Source of the DNA: Nageia nagi
Lineage: Eukaryota; Plantae; Pinophyta
DNA length: 64,000 bases
Direction of reading: 5' to 3'
NCBI GenBank assembly: GCA_050084985.1
Contig: JBITNC010000002.1
Span: forward strand, 19,158,001-19,222,000
Shown: in pieces, positions 52,201 to 64,000 of the stretch
How positions within the stretch are numbered: the stretch's first letter is position 1
Layout: every line of letters starts with the position of its first letter
Notes under the pieces: model-generated
Told to the model about the DNA's origin: nothing
The model's input: the letters and a program-made list of their open reading frames with translations, nothing else
The model's database searches: none
Program-made: the position numbers and the translations under genes

Positions 52201-55200
52201 TATGTCAGAGGAGAAATGTAGCTTTGCCATTCCAACAAATTATTGTAGAAGAACCCTTCTAGCAATGGGGGTTGGGTTTCATTGGGGTCATTAATCCTAA
52301 TTCTTCAACCAAATACAAATTTAGTCTCACTACAACTGATTATTTTACCAAGTGGTATAAGGCTAAAGCTATTAGAGAAGTAGATCAAAAAACCATCATT
52401 AAGTTCATTGAAAGACTAATAACTAGGTATGGAATCCCTCAAATAATTATATCTGATAATGGTCTGAGTTTCTTTGGGGCTAAAGTATTTGAGTTTGTAT
52501 TGAAGTATGGTATTTACTGGAGAACTTCCTTGAATTATTATCCTCAAGGTAATGGATTAGCTGAATCTACTAACAAAAACCTTGTAAGGATCTTAAAAAG
52601 AATAATGGAGGATAATCCCTATTAATGGCATGAGAAGCTAAATTGGGCTTTATGGGTGAATAGGATTATTGTTAAACCTTCAATCAAAACCAATCCTTAT
52701 GTGCTTATATATGGTAAAAGGGTTCAATTATCAAATCATAGAGAGTTCCCAGCTCTAAGGATTGCTCAAGAATATAGTGGTGAGTTTGAATCATTACAAG
52801 TCTAAATGAATAAACTATTACATCTCAAAGAATCTTGAGAAAAAGATTATATGGATTTGCAAGCAAGCAACAAAATTATAAAGAAATGGTTTGATAGCCA
52901 AAAAGCATCATCAAAAGCTTTAGAGAGGGAGAGTTGGTTCTAAAATGGGATGAAGATAGGGAAAATCTAGGTAAACATAAGAAGTTTGAATCATTATGGT
53001 CTAAGCCTTATATAATAGCAAAATGTATTGCAGAGAATGCCTTCATATTGGCCAAGCTTGATAGGCATGAATTACCAATTATAGTAAATGGACAACATTT
53101 AAAGCATTATTAGCCTGCATTGGTAGGGAATTAAGTTGAAGTGGATAAATATTACCTTGTAAATATGATGAATATTTTGGAGTGTGTTTGCTTTATGCAT
53201 TTATTTTACTTGTTTTTCCACGGTCTTGATTCCCAACAAAGTCATGTTAGCATTTAATGAATTTAGTTCAACTGTTACATTGTGCAAAGAATACTAAATA
53301 AGGGAGTATACATAATTCATCTTTAATGAAAGTATAAATGCATTGCTCATACAAGGATTTGAAGGTATTCAAGATAAAATCTATATCCTTGAGCAATTGG
53401 TTTCAATTGAGAACAAGGTTTTCCCAAGTAGATAAAGTTTCCAAGTTTAGAGCATTTGATATCTGAGTTTTGTGAAAAGTGAGAAGTTTGAAAGCATTAT
53501 TGCAATAAGAGAATCAATATTCAAGGGTAGTTTTAGTGTTTTAAAGCAATTTAAATGTATCATGCTCAAGGTAAGAATTTGAAGAAGTTCACGGGATACT
53601 GATATCATTGCAAAAAATAATAATCCAAAGGGAACAATTGAATTTAAGTGTCCTAGTTTTAGTTTTAATCATATTGCACATTCACGTATGGGATCTAGCT
53701 TCATGTACTTCATCCCACATAGATATATTCCTACCTTAGAGCTAATTAAATTGATAAAGGGAGCCTTTTAACCATCAGATAAGGTAGTTAGGGACTTGTA
53801 GGGAAAAATGGTTTTGAATTTAACTCCCCAAGCCTTCATCATTGCTTTCAAGCCACCTACATCTCAAACAACCCCTATTTTATTAGATCTTGATATGAGA
53901 CCTTCCCTTGCAATGAGCTTGAAGGTTGTAAATTGGATGGAGAAATATTCTACCATAGATTTAATGGAATTCCCACAAATAGATGTCCCCATTTCTCTTT
54001 TCTTTTAGCACCTTCAATTGCTTCTATCTATGATTAGGATAGTGATGGGAGAAGAAACAGACATATTTGCATCACCTACTCAACTAGACATTACTTATAG
54101 AATCTCTAATCCTTCTAGTCCTATCATATTTGATTGGCCAATAGTAATTTTATATAGTATCATAAATTAGTTAACCATAATAGATGATGGTTCCCATTTT
54201 GCTTATGCATCATAGATTGTTTGGCTTTTCATCCATCAAAACCCTAACTCCTTCATCAGGTTATAATTGAGGAAAATTGATAGTAATAAAGATGTTAGGT
54301 TTGTGGATAATTAGAATGAAGAAATTACATCTTTGGGATGTTATTACTCATTTTATAGAACATTTATTAGTCTAAGCCATGGCTTTGATTAGCACACCAC
54401 TACCTAGACTATCAAAAGCTTCTAGGTTTTATTTGAGAATCCCTTAGGGTGAGATCAAAGATTGGTATTTTGAAAAAGAGTGGAACTATCATCTAATTAT
54501 ATGGGTATTTTGAAACTCCTTTTCTATTACCCATACATGTGACAAATTGGGTCTTTATCATGGAGTATGCCTAACAATTACACTACATAGATTCCAAATA
54601 TGGTACTATGACCAAGAAAAGGTAGATCTATCTGATTCCCCATAAAATTAATAATTTGGTGCTTCAAGATAGGGGAGGATGTGAATTATTAAAGAAAAAA
54701 ATTAACTATGATGAAGCTAAAGAGGCTAAATCATTACTAGTTGTATGATCCAAAAGATTATTTCCAAAAGAAAATGAAATTACAATCGAACCTACCAAGT
54801 TTAGGATTGATTAGAGACTTGAAAATTGAGTAATGGAGGAATAGGGGAGAAAATGAAGCCCTAATGCCCATGGCCATGGTCACCAAGTATTTGCTCCTAC
54901 CATGGCTAATTTTTTATGAAATTAAAGTGAATAATGACCCTAAGAAGTATGGCATTTCAAAGAACATCATAAAGAAGCTTAAGAGTAATAAGTGGTCTGT
55001 AAAGAAGATTATAGCTTTTAATCAGTACTAGATTGAATCCAAGAATTAGTTTGCACCATTAGAGTTAGACATGGATGATATATTCATAAAGATATGGCAT
55101 CTAGAGCATCCTAATGATGATTCATTAGATGAATACTCTTTGAATGGAGAAGAAAGTAACCAAAAGGAAGAGCAAGCCTAAGCATCAGAAGAAAATGTTC

Positions 55201-58200
55201 TAGAGAATTCTCCATAGAATGTTGAGAAGGTATATTATTCAAAAAGAAAAGCTCAAACCAATCCTAAAAGCATACAACCATGGAAGTGTATCACCCAAAC
55301 CACTCCATGCTTAGGTACACACTCTCAACACTCTACTTCTTCTATTTCAATTTTTCAATTAATCTTAGTTGTGTCTCCTTCATCAGTTGCACCAATAATA
55401 CCGATGCCAACTCCTTTCCCATTTTCATATCACCAGTCCTTATATTTACATCAACATTAACCACACCTATGCCAATCACACCTAAAGCACTTCCACCTCC
55501 ACTCTCCACCTGAACTACATAATTTATCACCCCTCTCACTCAATTTCCCTCTATGTCTACAAATCTGCTTTCACCAGTAAACCTAATCATCAATGTCAAC
55601 CTAGGCCTTGCCCAAATTAGCCCTTCAACATTGACCAAGCAAATCATATCAGTACCAATGCAAGATCTGATTCCTAATTCAACATTTATCATTATTTTTA
55701 GCTAGTAGGTATCTATCAATGGGATAATGCACTAGTACTAGCAAGTGAAGGCTAATCAGGAGGCTTGGATGGATAAGTAGCTAAAGAAGATTCTTATACC
55801 AAGCAATATAGTAAGGCTCCAAAGTATTTTGGACTCCAACAGTAAGGTCTTGGAGATGGCAATTGCTCATGAATCTTAAGAAGGTCTTAGGGACCTCACA
55901 ACCATGAATACAAGAATCAAGATAGACTTGGCCAATGTACCCAGGTAAGATAAGAATGAGTTATTGCACATTGTAGTTAACTTGAATATTTTTGAGGCCA
56001 CCAAGCTAGAATTTAAGTATAATAAGGTGTTCATGTCTAATGAGTCACTTAAGAGGTAGCTAGAGCTTCAAAATTCCAAGTTAAAATCTATAAATAATCA
56101 AATTGATGGGTTGAAGAAAGCTTTGGTCAATGCTCCTATAGTTGATACATTAGCAAAGAAGAATGTTGTGCTTATCAAAAAAGATGTAGATTTGGGCAAG
56201 AAGGAAGCTATCATTATGGTAAAGGACCAATATATAGCAAATAAAGATACTAAAATTACATTAAAGGATGCAACCATTGGTAGTCTGAATGCTAATTTGG
56301 CATAGCTATAACAACTTGCCCATACAAACAAAGTAGACAAGGTATTTTTACTAAAGATAAAAGAAGAATTCTAGAATTCAATCACTCTAGACTTGAAAAT
56401 TATGATACAATTTTAAAATCATGTGGAGGTTTTCTTTGGAGGGTTAAATAAGCTCAGTGTAGAGGTGCTTAAGAAGAAAGCTAGTTGTGAACTACTAATA
56501 AAGGATGCAAAGAAGGCAATTGAAAAAATGAGCAAAGTATTTGATGAATAATTAAAGGCTTTGAATTTGGGTAGTAGAATAGAGATATTAACATGGATTA
56601 CTCACCCTTTATAGGGAAAAGGAGTCTATTATAGTATAGAAAAAGCTTTCTCAAATGATAGAGCAAGATTGATTCTTTGAAAGGAGAACTGCAAGACATA
56701 GTGTCATTGGGGATACTAGTTTTATGGAAAATGGATAAAGCACCCATCCTAGATGCAAAATTTTTAAGCAAAATACAAGAGGTTGGGATAGATAGTTTAG
56801 ATGTTGATAGCTTAATAGCTTTGTTCAATGAGAAAAGTATACTGCAATTCTTTGAGTACTATGAAAAGATAAAAGTTAATCTATAGAAATTCCTCTAGAC
56901 TCATGGGCAAATTTCCTATGATATTTCTAATTTAATGCCTTTGGCTAAATTTCAATTGAAGGATATATCTAATGTCCAAGAGAATTGGCATAAAGTGTAG
57001 CAGTTAATCAATGGTTAAGTGATGTTTTCAAGTATTCTACCTATCTAGGTCCCAAATTTGTTTTGATAAGGTGAAATTTTCCCTTAGAAGTTCCCATAAT
57101 GTATACTTATATATAAGTCTACATCTTTGGGAAGACCTTGGAAGTGTATTTAATATTTTTGAAGCATTCTTTTGTAGTTGTGAATATTTTGGAGTATTTG
57201 AAATGAAAATAAACTAAGTATAAAGGGATTTAAGGAGAGATGACATCATTCAAAGTAGCAAAGTTCATTTTTGTCTTATCACTAGACTCAAGAGATGATG
57301 ATGTCATTAAAGGAGTTTGCAAAGTGTAGAGGTCCTATTTTGGTTCTTTATTTTGAGCTTGAGGAGAGATGATTTCATACAGAGAATTCAAAATTCCAAA
57401 GTTTGCTTGACCTAGTAACCTTGGGAAGAAGTAGAGTAAAAATGGCTAAGTATAAGACATTTCCTAGTGTGACATCACCCAAAGCATGAAAGTTTCATTT
57501 TTGTCTTATAATCAAACTTGAAGAGAGATGACAACATAAAGAGGATGTGTGGCCCCTAAAGAAGATAGAATAGAAAAGAAATGAACCATAGAATATGACC
57601 TTGGAGGAAGTACTACAGAATGCGAAGGTCCCATTTTTGTTCTTACCACTAGGCTCAAGATAAATGATGTCATCTATGAGCATTCATAATTCTAGTTTGA
57701 TTCAACATAGAGACTTGAAATAAGGAATAAGAAAAAAAGGCTTGGTATATAAACTAACATCTCTAAAATGATAGGAAGCTTTGAAAGAGAAGAAAATGTA
57801 AAAATAAAGGCTTAGAAAAGCTCATAATGTTTTAGAACCATAGGAGTAGTACCTACAAACTTCTAAGATAGCTTTTTACTTCCATAGAAGTAGGAATAGT
57901 TATGGAGAACCTTGCTAGAGCTACAAACCATTATAGAGGATTTTGGAAAAGATGTGAGTGGTCAAAAAAATTCAAAAGATGTAATTACTGATCAAGAAGA
58001 CTTCAAAAAAGAAGATCAAGCTTGTTGAGGCATTTTTATTTAATCGTTCAATCTTTTTAGTTACATTATAATTAGTTTGCTTTCTATATAAGTAGAGGTA
58101 GTAGTAAGGTAAATGGGTTGGAATGCCTAGTATTGCCCCTTGTATTTATTTTTGAAGACCTTTTATTGTTACATGGTAAAATGTATGCTGAAAAATAAAT

Positions 58201-58590
58201 AAGAGAGTGAAGGCTTGCTCCATGGCTTCTACACTAGGTTCTTACCAAGATTCCACACACTATGGAAGCCCATGCTAAACTAGTGATCCACCCCTTTGCT
58301 TTATTCCTTATTACTCTATCTCTTTATTTTATTCCTTGCATTTTTACCCTTTTATTCCTTTTTGGTTACTTATTTTTATAGTTTATGCCTAATGTATAAG
58401 GAACTAGTTTTCTTTGAAGATTAAATTATCATGGATAGTCTATTCATAGTATACTATTACTAATATTGTAGTGGGTGAAGTTATTACACAATATTAATCA
58501 ATAATATATATTTTTGGCATGCTTGATGGGACATAAAAATTTATTGGCAACTCTACTTGAAGTAAAAATGATGGTAGGTATACAAATGAT
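46217..58590 (+). mobile_element. Degenerate Tat-clade Ty3/gypsy element: LTR-PBS-gag-PR-aRH-RT-RH-INT-extra ORF-LTR(-PBS)
   Basis: Direct repeats 46217-47260 and 57679-58590. PBS TGGCATGCTTAATGGGAC at 47185. gag HEDVMVRL; PR CLLDFGVATT (~49150); RNase H WEIFFDGA...TNNVAKYEAL (49690-50090); RT VPIRKKNGEIQLCVDF (50685); INT TDYFTKW...ISDNG...YPQGNGLAESTNK; ends ~53113. Confidence 0.92.
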
Positions 58591-58949
58591 GGTTGTTGGT
58601 ATATTGCAACAAGTATGCATGATGTGAAACTCCTATGTATATATTCATGTCATCTATAAAGTTATATGAAGACCCTTTCAAACTTCACACATTTTTACAA
58701 AAATGGCCTCTTTTCCAAAAAATAATTATTTAGTGTATGTAAATAATGTTCATTTGGTTATTATTTATGAATTTTTTTATTGAATTTCATCAAAATATGT
58801 TTACATCATGCATCTTGTTGAAAAAATATTGTGCTTTAAGATTTTAATTCACATTTTAAGGGCAATGGAAGTTTGAAACCAAATGTATGCTTTATACTAT
58901 GCTATAATGTACCTTATATGTTTTATTTTATGCATTTAATTGAAACAAA

Positions 58950-60061
58950 ATGATATTGAAATGGCATATAATTTTGAATCTACTTGTTTATGATATCCAA
59001 GGAAAATAAATATTTTGTTTAAATGATTTAACCTAGATAAGAATACCATGCATGAAAGGAAAGATAGATTCAATAGCTGCAATACCTTTATGGAGGCTAA
59101 TTGATTTTAAAATGGGTGAAGAATCTAATCTTAATGTGCAATGCACATTTTTGTGTGAAGAAAAAATAAAAAAGGTTTTAAAGGTGATTAGAAATCAAAG
59201 GCCATCATACATGAAATGTAAGAAAATATTTTTTTCCAATTTGTACATTGCATGATCTTGTATTGGCAAGTAAAATGATTCTAAATTTTTTTATTTTGTG
59301 TGTAGTTATTGGTATGATTAAGACTATAAGGACAAGTTGAATGACCCACCTCCTCCAAAATAAAAGAGGAATTTTACAAAGAAAAGGGGTTATCAATATC
59401 ATTTTGTTGTTAAGGTATTCAAAAATTTACATGAAGTTGCATTTATTATATACAACAAATTTGAACATGTTGCACTTGATGGACAACCCTACCATGAAGT
59501 GCATGATACAAGCAAACAAAATGGTAAGGCCAATTTTTCTCCACATATGTCAAAAGGTACTAGTTATTTGATTGAATCATTTCTAATAGATGGTATTTTA
59601 GTTGATACAATATGTAATATGCAATTAATGCAAGAGTATTTTGAAAATGTACTTGCAATTCAAGATAATTACATTTTAAGGAGGGATGTTTAAAACATAT
59701 ATAATAGATTGAACAAGGAAAGTGCAAAATGCCAAATATGATGCCACTAGTATGGATAACTGGTACCAGGCTAATAAGGAAACATTTTTTATATATAAGA
59801 ACCCTAACCATGAAATTGAAAAAACATTATCAGTATTCAAACAAAATGGATGTTGGATAAGATGGTGGAATTATCCCATAATAACATAATTTCAATCAAT
59901 TCAACCTTTAGTACAAATTTGTATGATGTAAGATTGCAAAATTTTATTTGCATTTTTTTTTGTTTTGCATTGTTGATATTTTCCATAACTAATTTTTTAT
60001 GCATTTCTAATTTATCTTTGTTTTATATTATTGCAGTACCAATTTTACAATTGTTAGAATT
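58950..60061 (+). pseudogene. Intron-containing SWIM-zinc-finger/MULE-transposase-like pseudogene (Arabidopsis AT4G13970/AT1G60560-type N-terminal half), cut by an LTR insertion
   Basis: ILNLLVYD...NDLT*; AAIPLWRLIDFKMGEESN; KRGYQYHFVVK...VAFIIYNKFEHV...GQPYH...ANFSPHMS; IQTKWMLDKMV...INSTFSTN. GT-AG introns at 59218-59305 and 59928-60036. Confidence 0.75.
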
Positions 60062-60556
60062 TGTAATGAAATATTGTGAATATCTAAACTCCTTATAAAT
60101 TCAATTAATCACTTAAAGGATATGTAGATACCTTAAGGGATTAATTGAATTCTTTATTATGTAGACTTTGATTTTACCATGGGGTTAGTTGGTAGGTTAA
60201 AGTTAGGTGATATATTTATTGTAACCCTAACCTTACCCTTGGGTTAAAGGGAGGTTAGGGAGGTGCTCTCATGCTATAAATAGAGGGCCTCTCCTCTTGT
60301 AACATAACTAAGTTTTTGGAGTAAGATTACTCTACTAGTTTGTGTAGGAGAGAAAGAGAATTGTAGTAAGAGGTGCATAGATTGATAATTGAGAACTAGT
60401 TGTGGATGTACTCCCAAGGAGGGAGGAACCACATTATATTTATGTTATCTTGTGTGAATGGTGTTATTAGCTTGTAGATGTTGAATGATTGAGTTTCCTA
60501 TAGTCTTGGACCTTGAGGATTAGAGTAGATCTAATTCCTTCAATTGGTATCAGAGC
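60062..60556 (+). mobile_element. 5' LTR (60062-60542) with tRNA-iMet PBS
   Basis: TG...CA termini, internal CTATAAATA TATA box (~60274), perfect PBS TGGTATCAGAGC at 60545-60556. Confidence 0.85.
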
Positions 60557-61249
60557 TTGGTGTGGAAGCTCTTCTTCTACATCTTGGAGGTTCTTCATCC
60601 CTCTTCATTCCTCATCTTACACCCCATTGGTGAGGTAAAACTAAGAGAAGGTATAAATTTCCTCCTCATTTGGTTATCTTATGGATTATTGCATTAGATA
60701 CTAACATATTTTATGAGATATTGGACCTTATTTTTTGCAAAATATGATCAAAATGGCAATAATATGTTATAGTTAAACTTGATTTGTTCTTATGACACTA
60801 ACACATTTTGAACTATGTGTTAACCTTTTTTGTTATTTGCAAAATATGGATAATTTTTTTTTACTATCCTCTAGTAAACATGTTGTTAATTTAAGAGGTT
60901 AGTATATAGAAATAACATATTGTAAGCCATTTATTAAAAAGGGTGTATTTTCTTTAATATATATATGATGAGAGAAATACAAAATGATTTTACAATTATT
61001 TTTTTACTTATTGCAAATAGCCCTTTTTAATTACATATCTCATAATAGCTATTTCATAGCTTAAAAAGGGGGAAAGGTATTTAAAAACAATCAAATAAGG
61101 ATTTTTTTTTGGTATAATATATTTAATCAAATATTTTTTAAATCAAAATTACTTTGATGAGCTTTTTTTTGAGGATTTGCCATTGGCCAACCCTCTTTGA
61201 GCTCATGGATGGACTCCGTGGCCACCCTCTGCTCTACTTGCTTGCGTGT

Positions 61250-61413
61250 AGGCATTGGCTATGCTTATGCACAAGACAGATACGTTGAAAGGGTCTACAA
61301 ATTGTTTGACAAAAATGTATCCCCAAAATGCAGTCTTATGGACTGTAATGGTTGATGGATATATACAAAATGAATATGTTGAAATGGTCTATGAATTGTT
61401 TGATAGGATTCCT
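61250..61413 (+). pseudogene. PPR gene fragment
   Basis: AYAQDRYVERVYKLFDK(fs)MYPQNAVLWTVMVDGYIQNEYVEMVYELFDRIP. Confidence 0.8.
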
Positions 61414-61419
61414 TAACTT

Positions 61420-61710
61420 ATTCCACTCATTCCCATCATGTTTTACTTCCACGATGGAGGCTTCACATCCATAGCATCAACTTTGCAGTGCTCTCCTCTA
61501 TCCCATAGATTTTCTTTACCACCCTGCTCTGGAAATTCCATCATCCTTCGTTAATCCCAAGCATAGAGACTAAATGTCAAATGCAGCTCTTCATCATCGA
61601 CATATGGAAGGAGAACGATACACCTTGCCTCTACTGCCATTCTTCTATTGAATGCTTCTCCAAATAGATGTCAATGCTACTGAACTTCCCAAAGGCCTGG
61701 ATAAGTATGT
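61420..61710 (+). pseudogene. Carboxylesterase (CXE/GID1-like alpha/beta hydrolase) gene fragment
   Basis: IPIMFYFHDGGFT (compare LPVIVYFHGGGF), then SPLSHRF...NSIIL.VN..PKHR (compare SVNYRLAPEHR). Confidence 0.65.
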
Positions 61711-63692
61711 TAAAAGCTGAGGTTAATGATCGTCCCACCTACAAAATTCCAAGCTTGTGGTGAAGGCTTGGGAGCATTCTGATGGATCCTCTCTCACTAA
61801 TCGCTTTTCCCCTCTCTGGCCCTCTCAGCCTGTGTGACCCTCCTTCCACGATGTGTTACATTCTTCTACTCGCAGGCCCTCTCCTACTTATCTAGTTAGC
61901 ACTCGTAGCCCATTTGTGAATTCTTACATCTATTGCATCTTCCTTGATGATAATTTTATACGCTTCCTTCTCCATCTCCAATGTGTGCCTCCTCTAACGA
62001 CCCTCTCTTATCTTGTGACATTGCGTAAACTAAGAATAGTACCCCTTCTACAATTCTGTACCCCTTCTTGTTTCCTTCCTTGTGCATTAATTTTTTGTTG
62101 ACTAAATGCACTTCAAAAAGTAACGTATGCTCCTTCTTGGTAAGGGAAGGGTAGCCATCATTTTTTTTACCTAAAAGCATTTATTTTTTTGGACTTGGAG
62201 TGCTTGAGGTAAAAGGAGCATTAACTATGCATGGGTCACCTTCTTTTGCATTAATACTTGCAAGCTCTCTAGAAGCAAACATATACTTTTAGATAGGCAT
62301 TTAATAATTTTTGCTTGCTTACAAGTCATTTGTTTCTATTAAATGCACTTAGAAGTACTTATACTCCAACTATAAGCATTGACTATAATACTTTAAATTA
62401 AGTAGATACATCATTACTCCTCAATGCAATCCCAATTTTTTTTAGAAAAATATGGCACATGGAGGATATTTTGGAGCATAATTTTTTTTCTCTAAGTATG
62501 GTAATTTACTTAGGCAAAACATTTTTTAGTAAAAATTTGCTAAGGTAATCTAAGTATGCTATCTTTGAAGGATAAATATTTAAGTTAAGAATGCTATTTT
62601 TTTAAGTAAACAAGGAAAATTTTTTACTTAAAATATAAATGCATACTTAAAAGACAATTTTTTGCATACAAGTTTTAGGGATAAAACTTTAAGTAACAAA
62701 GGGGGGAATTTGTATATTTTTTTTACTTAAAACTTTATCTAGATCTTGCATGCTAAATTTGTAATGCATGCCTCTTAACCTTGTTAGGAATAAAGCATGC
62801 TTAGTACTTAAAATTTTAAGTTAAATAATGCATGATGCATGTTTATTACTTAATTTTTAAGTCATGGAATAATGCATGTTTAAGCTATGGATTAATGCTA
62901 AGTAGGACTTAGCCTTTTTTTTTTTAATTCATTAAAGTGTTTGAATGAATTTATGAACTTGAGCAAAGTATGCAAAATGTAAAATGTCCTTTAGGGGTTA
63001 GTACAAAACCCATTGGACTCTTAAGGTTTCAAGTTCTTATGGATGATGTATTTTTAATACTTTACTTTATATTTTTGCATAATTACTTTATACTTGCAAA
63101 ACGTAAAATATTGAAAGTAACCCCTAAAATGAACACATCCATACGTACTTTTCCACAACATGACTTCTTTGGGGAGCCATGAGGTGAGGACAGGGTAGAC
63201 TGGAGCCTTTTTAGTTCAAAGAACCAAGTGGTGGTAAATCTGTCTTAATTGCCCCTAAGACATCTATTGGATTAGACATAACTCTATTAGGTGGATAGGC
63301 ATGTGTGTAGTGATACCACATTACCGCACGTCCATTCAGGGATTATCCTGATAACCTAGGAGGAAAACTGAAAACCTTAAACAAGATAATTAAAATGGCC
63401 GATCCAAGATACATCGGATCCTTGGAAAATAGTTGGTACTTCTCCTTGAGAGAGTATATTACTGACCAAGGTGAACTGGTTGATGACTGGTAGTACTTGG
63501 GCTCCACTCTGCGAGCATCCAGGTGAAGGCCTAATTCTATACAAGAAAACAACCTCAACTTTATCCTTCTACAGATCTTGGTTTATAAGTTTGCACATGT
63601 GGGACATGTTTAGTTATCAATATTTTATTTGTATAGATGGTAAATTGTAGAAAATTTATTCATTCTTATTGCTTATTTACTTTTATGTAGCA

Positions 63693-64000
63693 ATGGTTGA
63701 AACCTTCATACCCAAGCATATACTCGATGGTTCCAACTTTGGCATATGGGAACCTCGTATGAGAGCTGAGTTACAAGTAAGGAAGCTATGGTAGATAGTT
63801 AATGAAGACTTGGTCACTCCTACAGATGAGAAGGCTATTGAAATCTACAACTCAAAGAATGAGTTAGAAACTTCAATGATTTATCATGCAATTTCAGATG
63901 ACGTACTTTTCATGATCTCTTCTTCAACATTAGCAAAGGAAGCTTGGGATAGGTTGAAGAAAATTTACCTTGGGTCAAAATTTTCAAGGAGGTTCACCAT
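63693..64000 (+). mobile_element. Ty1/copia gag N-terminus with one in-frame stop; continues off the window
   Basis: MVETFIPKHILDGSNFGIWEPRMRAELQVRKLW*IV...MIYHAISDDVLFMISSSTLAKEAWDRLKKIY (DUF4219/UBN2-type gag). Confidence 0.88.

Noticed and set aside
63170-63690. Possible 5' LTR of the terminal Copia element
   Set aside because: No clear PBS or second copy within the window to define the ends.

Overview
AT-rich plant nuclear DNA, most likely a gymnosperm (inferred from the PPR repeat style and the retrotransposon lineages). One intact gene is present: a 3-exon R2R3-MYB on the minus strand (10404..8900, 441 aa, GIDPVTH clade). It has a W-box/CGCG-rich proximal promoter and a CpG-retaining distal regulatory island (~14.56-18.35 kb) that is separated from it by Copia remnants and contains a TIR-bounded MITE. 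The rest is a nest of old, C->T-eroded elements: Ogre/Tat Ty3-gypsy copies with the extra RNase H in two different positions, three copies of a CRM-like element with a ~3 kb LTR, a solo LTR with its empty site visible, and Copia and LINE fragments. Decayed gene-like pieces include PLS-type PPR fragments, a carboxylesterase fragment and an intron-containing SWIM/MULE-type gene. No clearly new biological system is demonstrable from sequence alone. The best leads are the MYB distal enhancer island, the mixed MYB motif set, the SWIM/MULE relic and the gene-fragment chimeras. Boundaries of decayed elements are approximate, and family assignments are by-eye motif recognition, not database searches.
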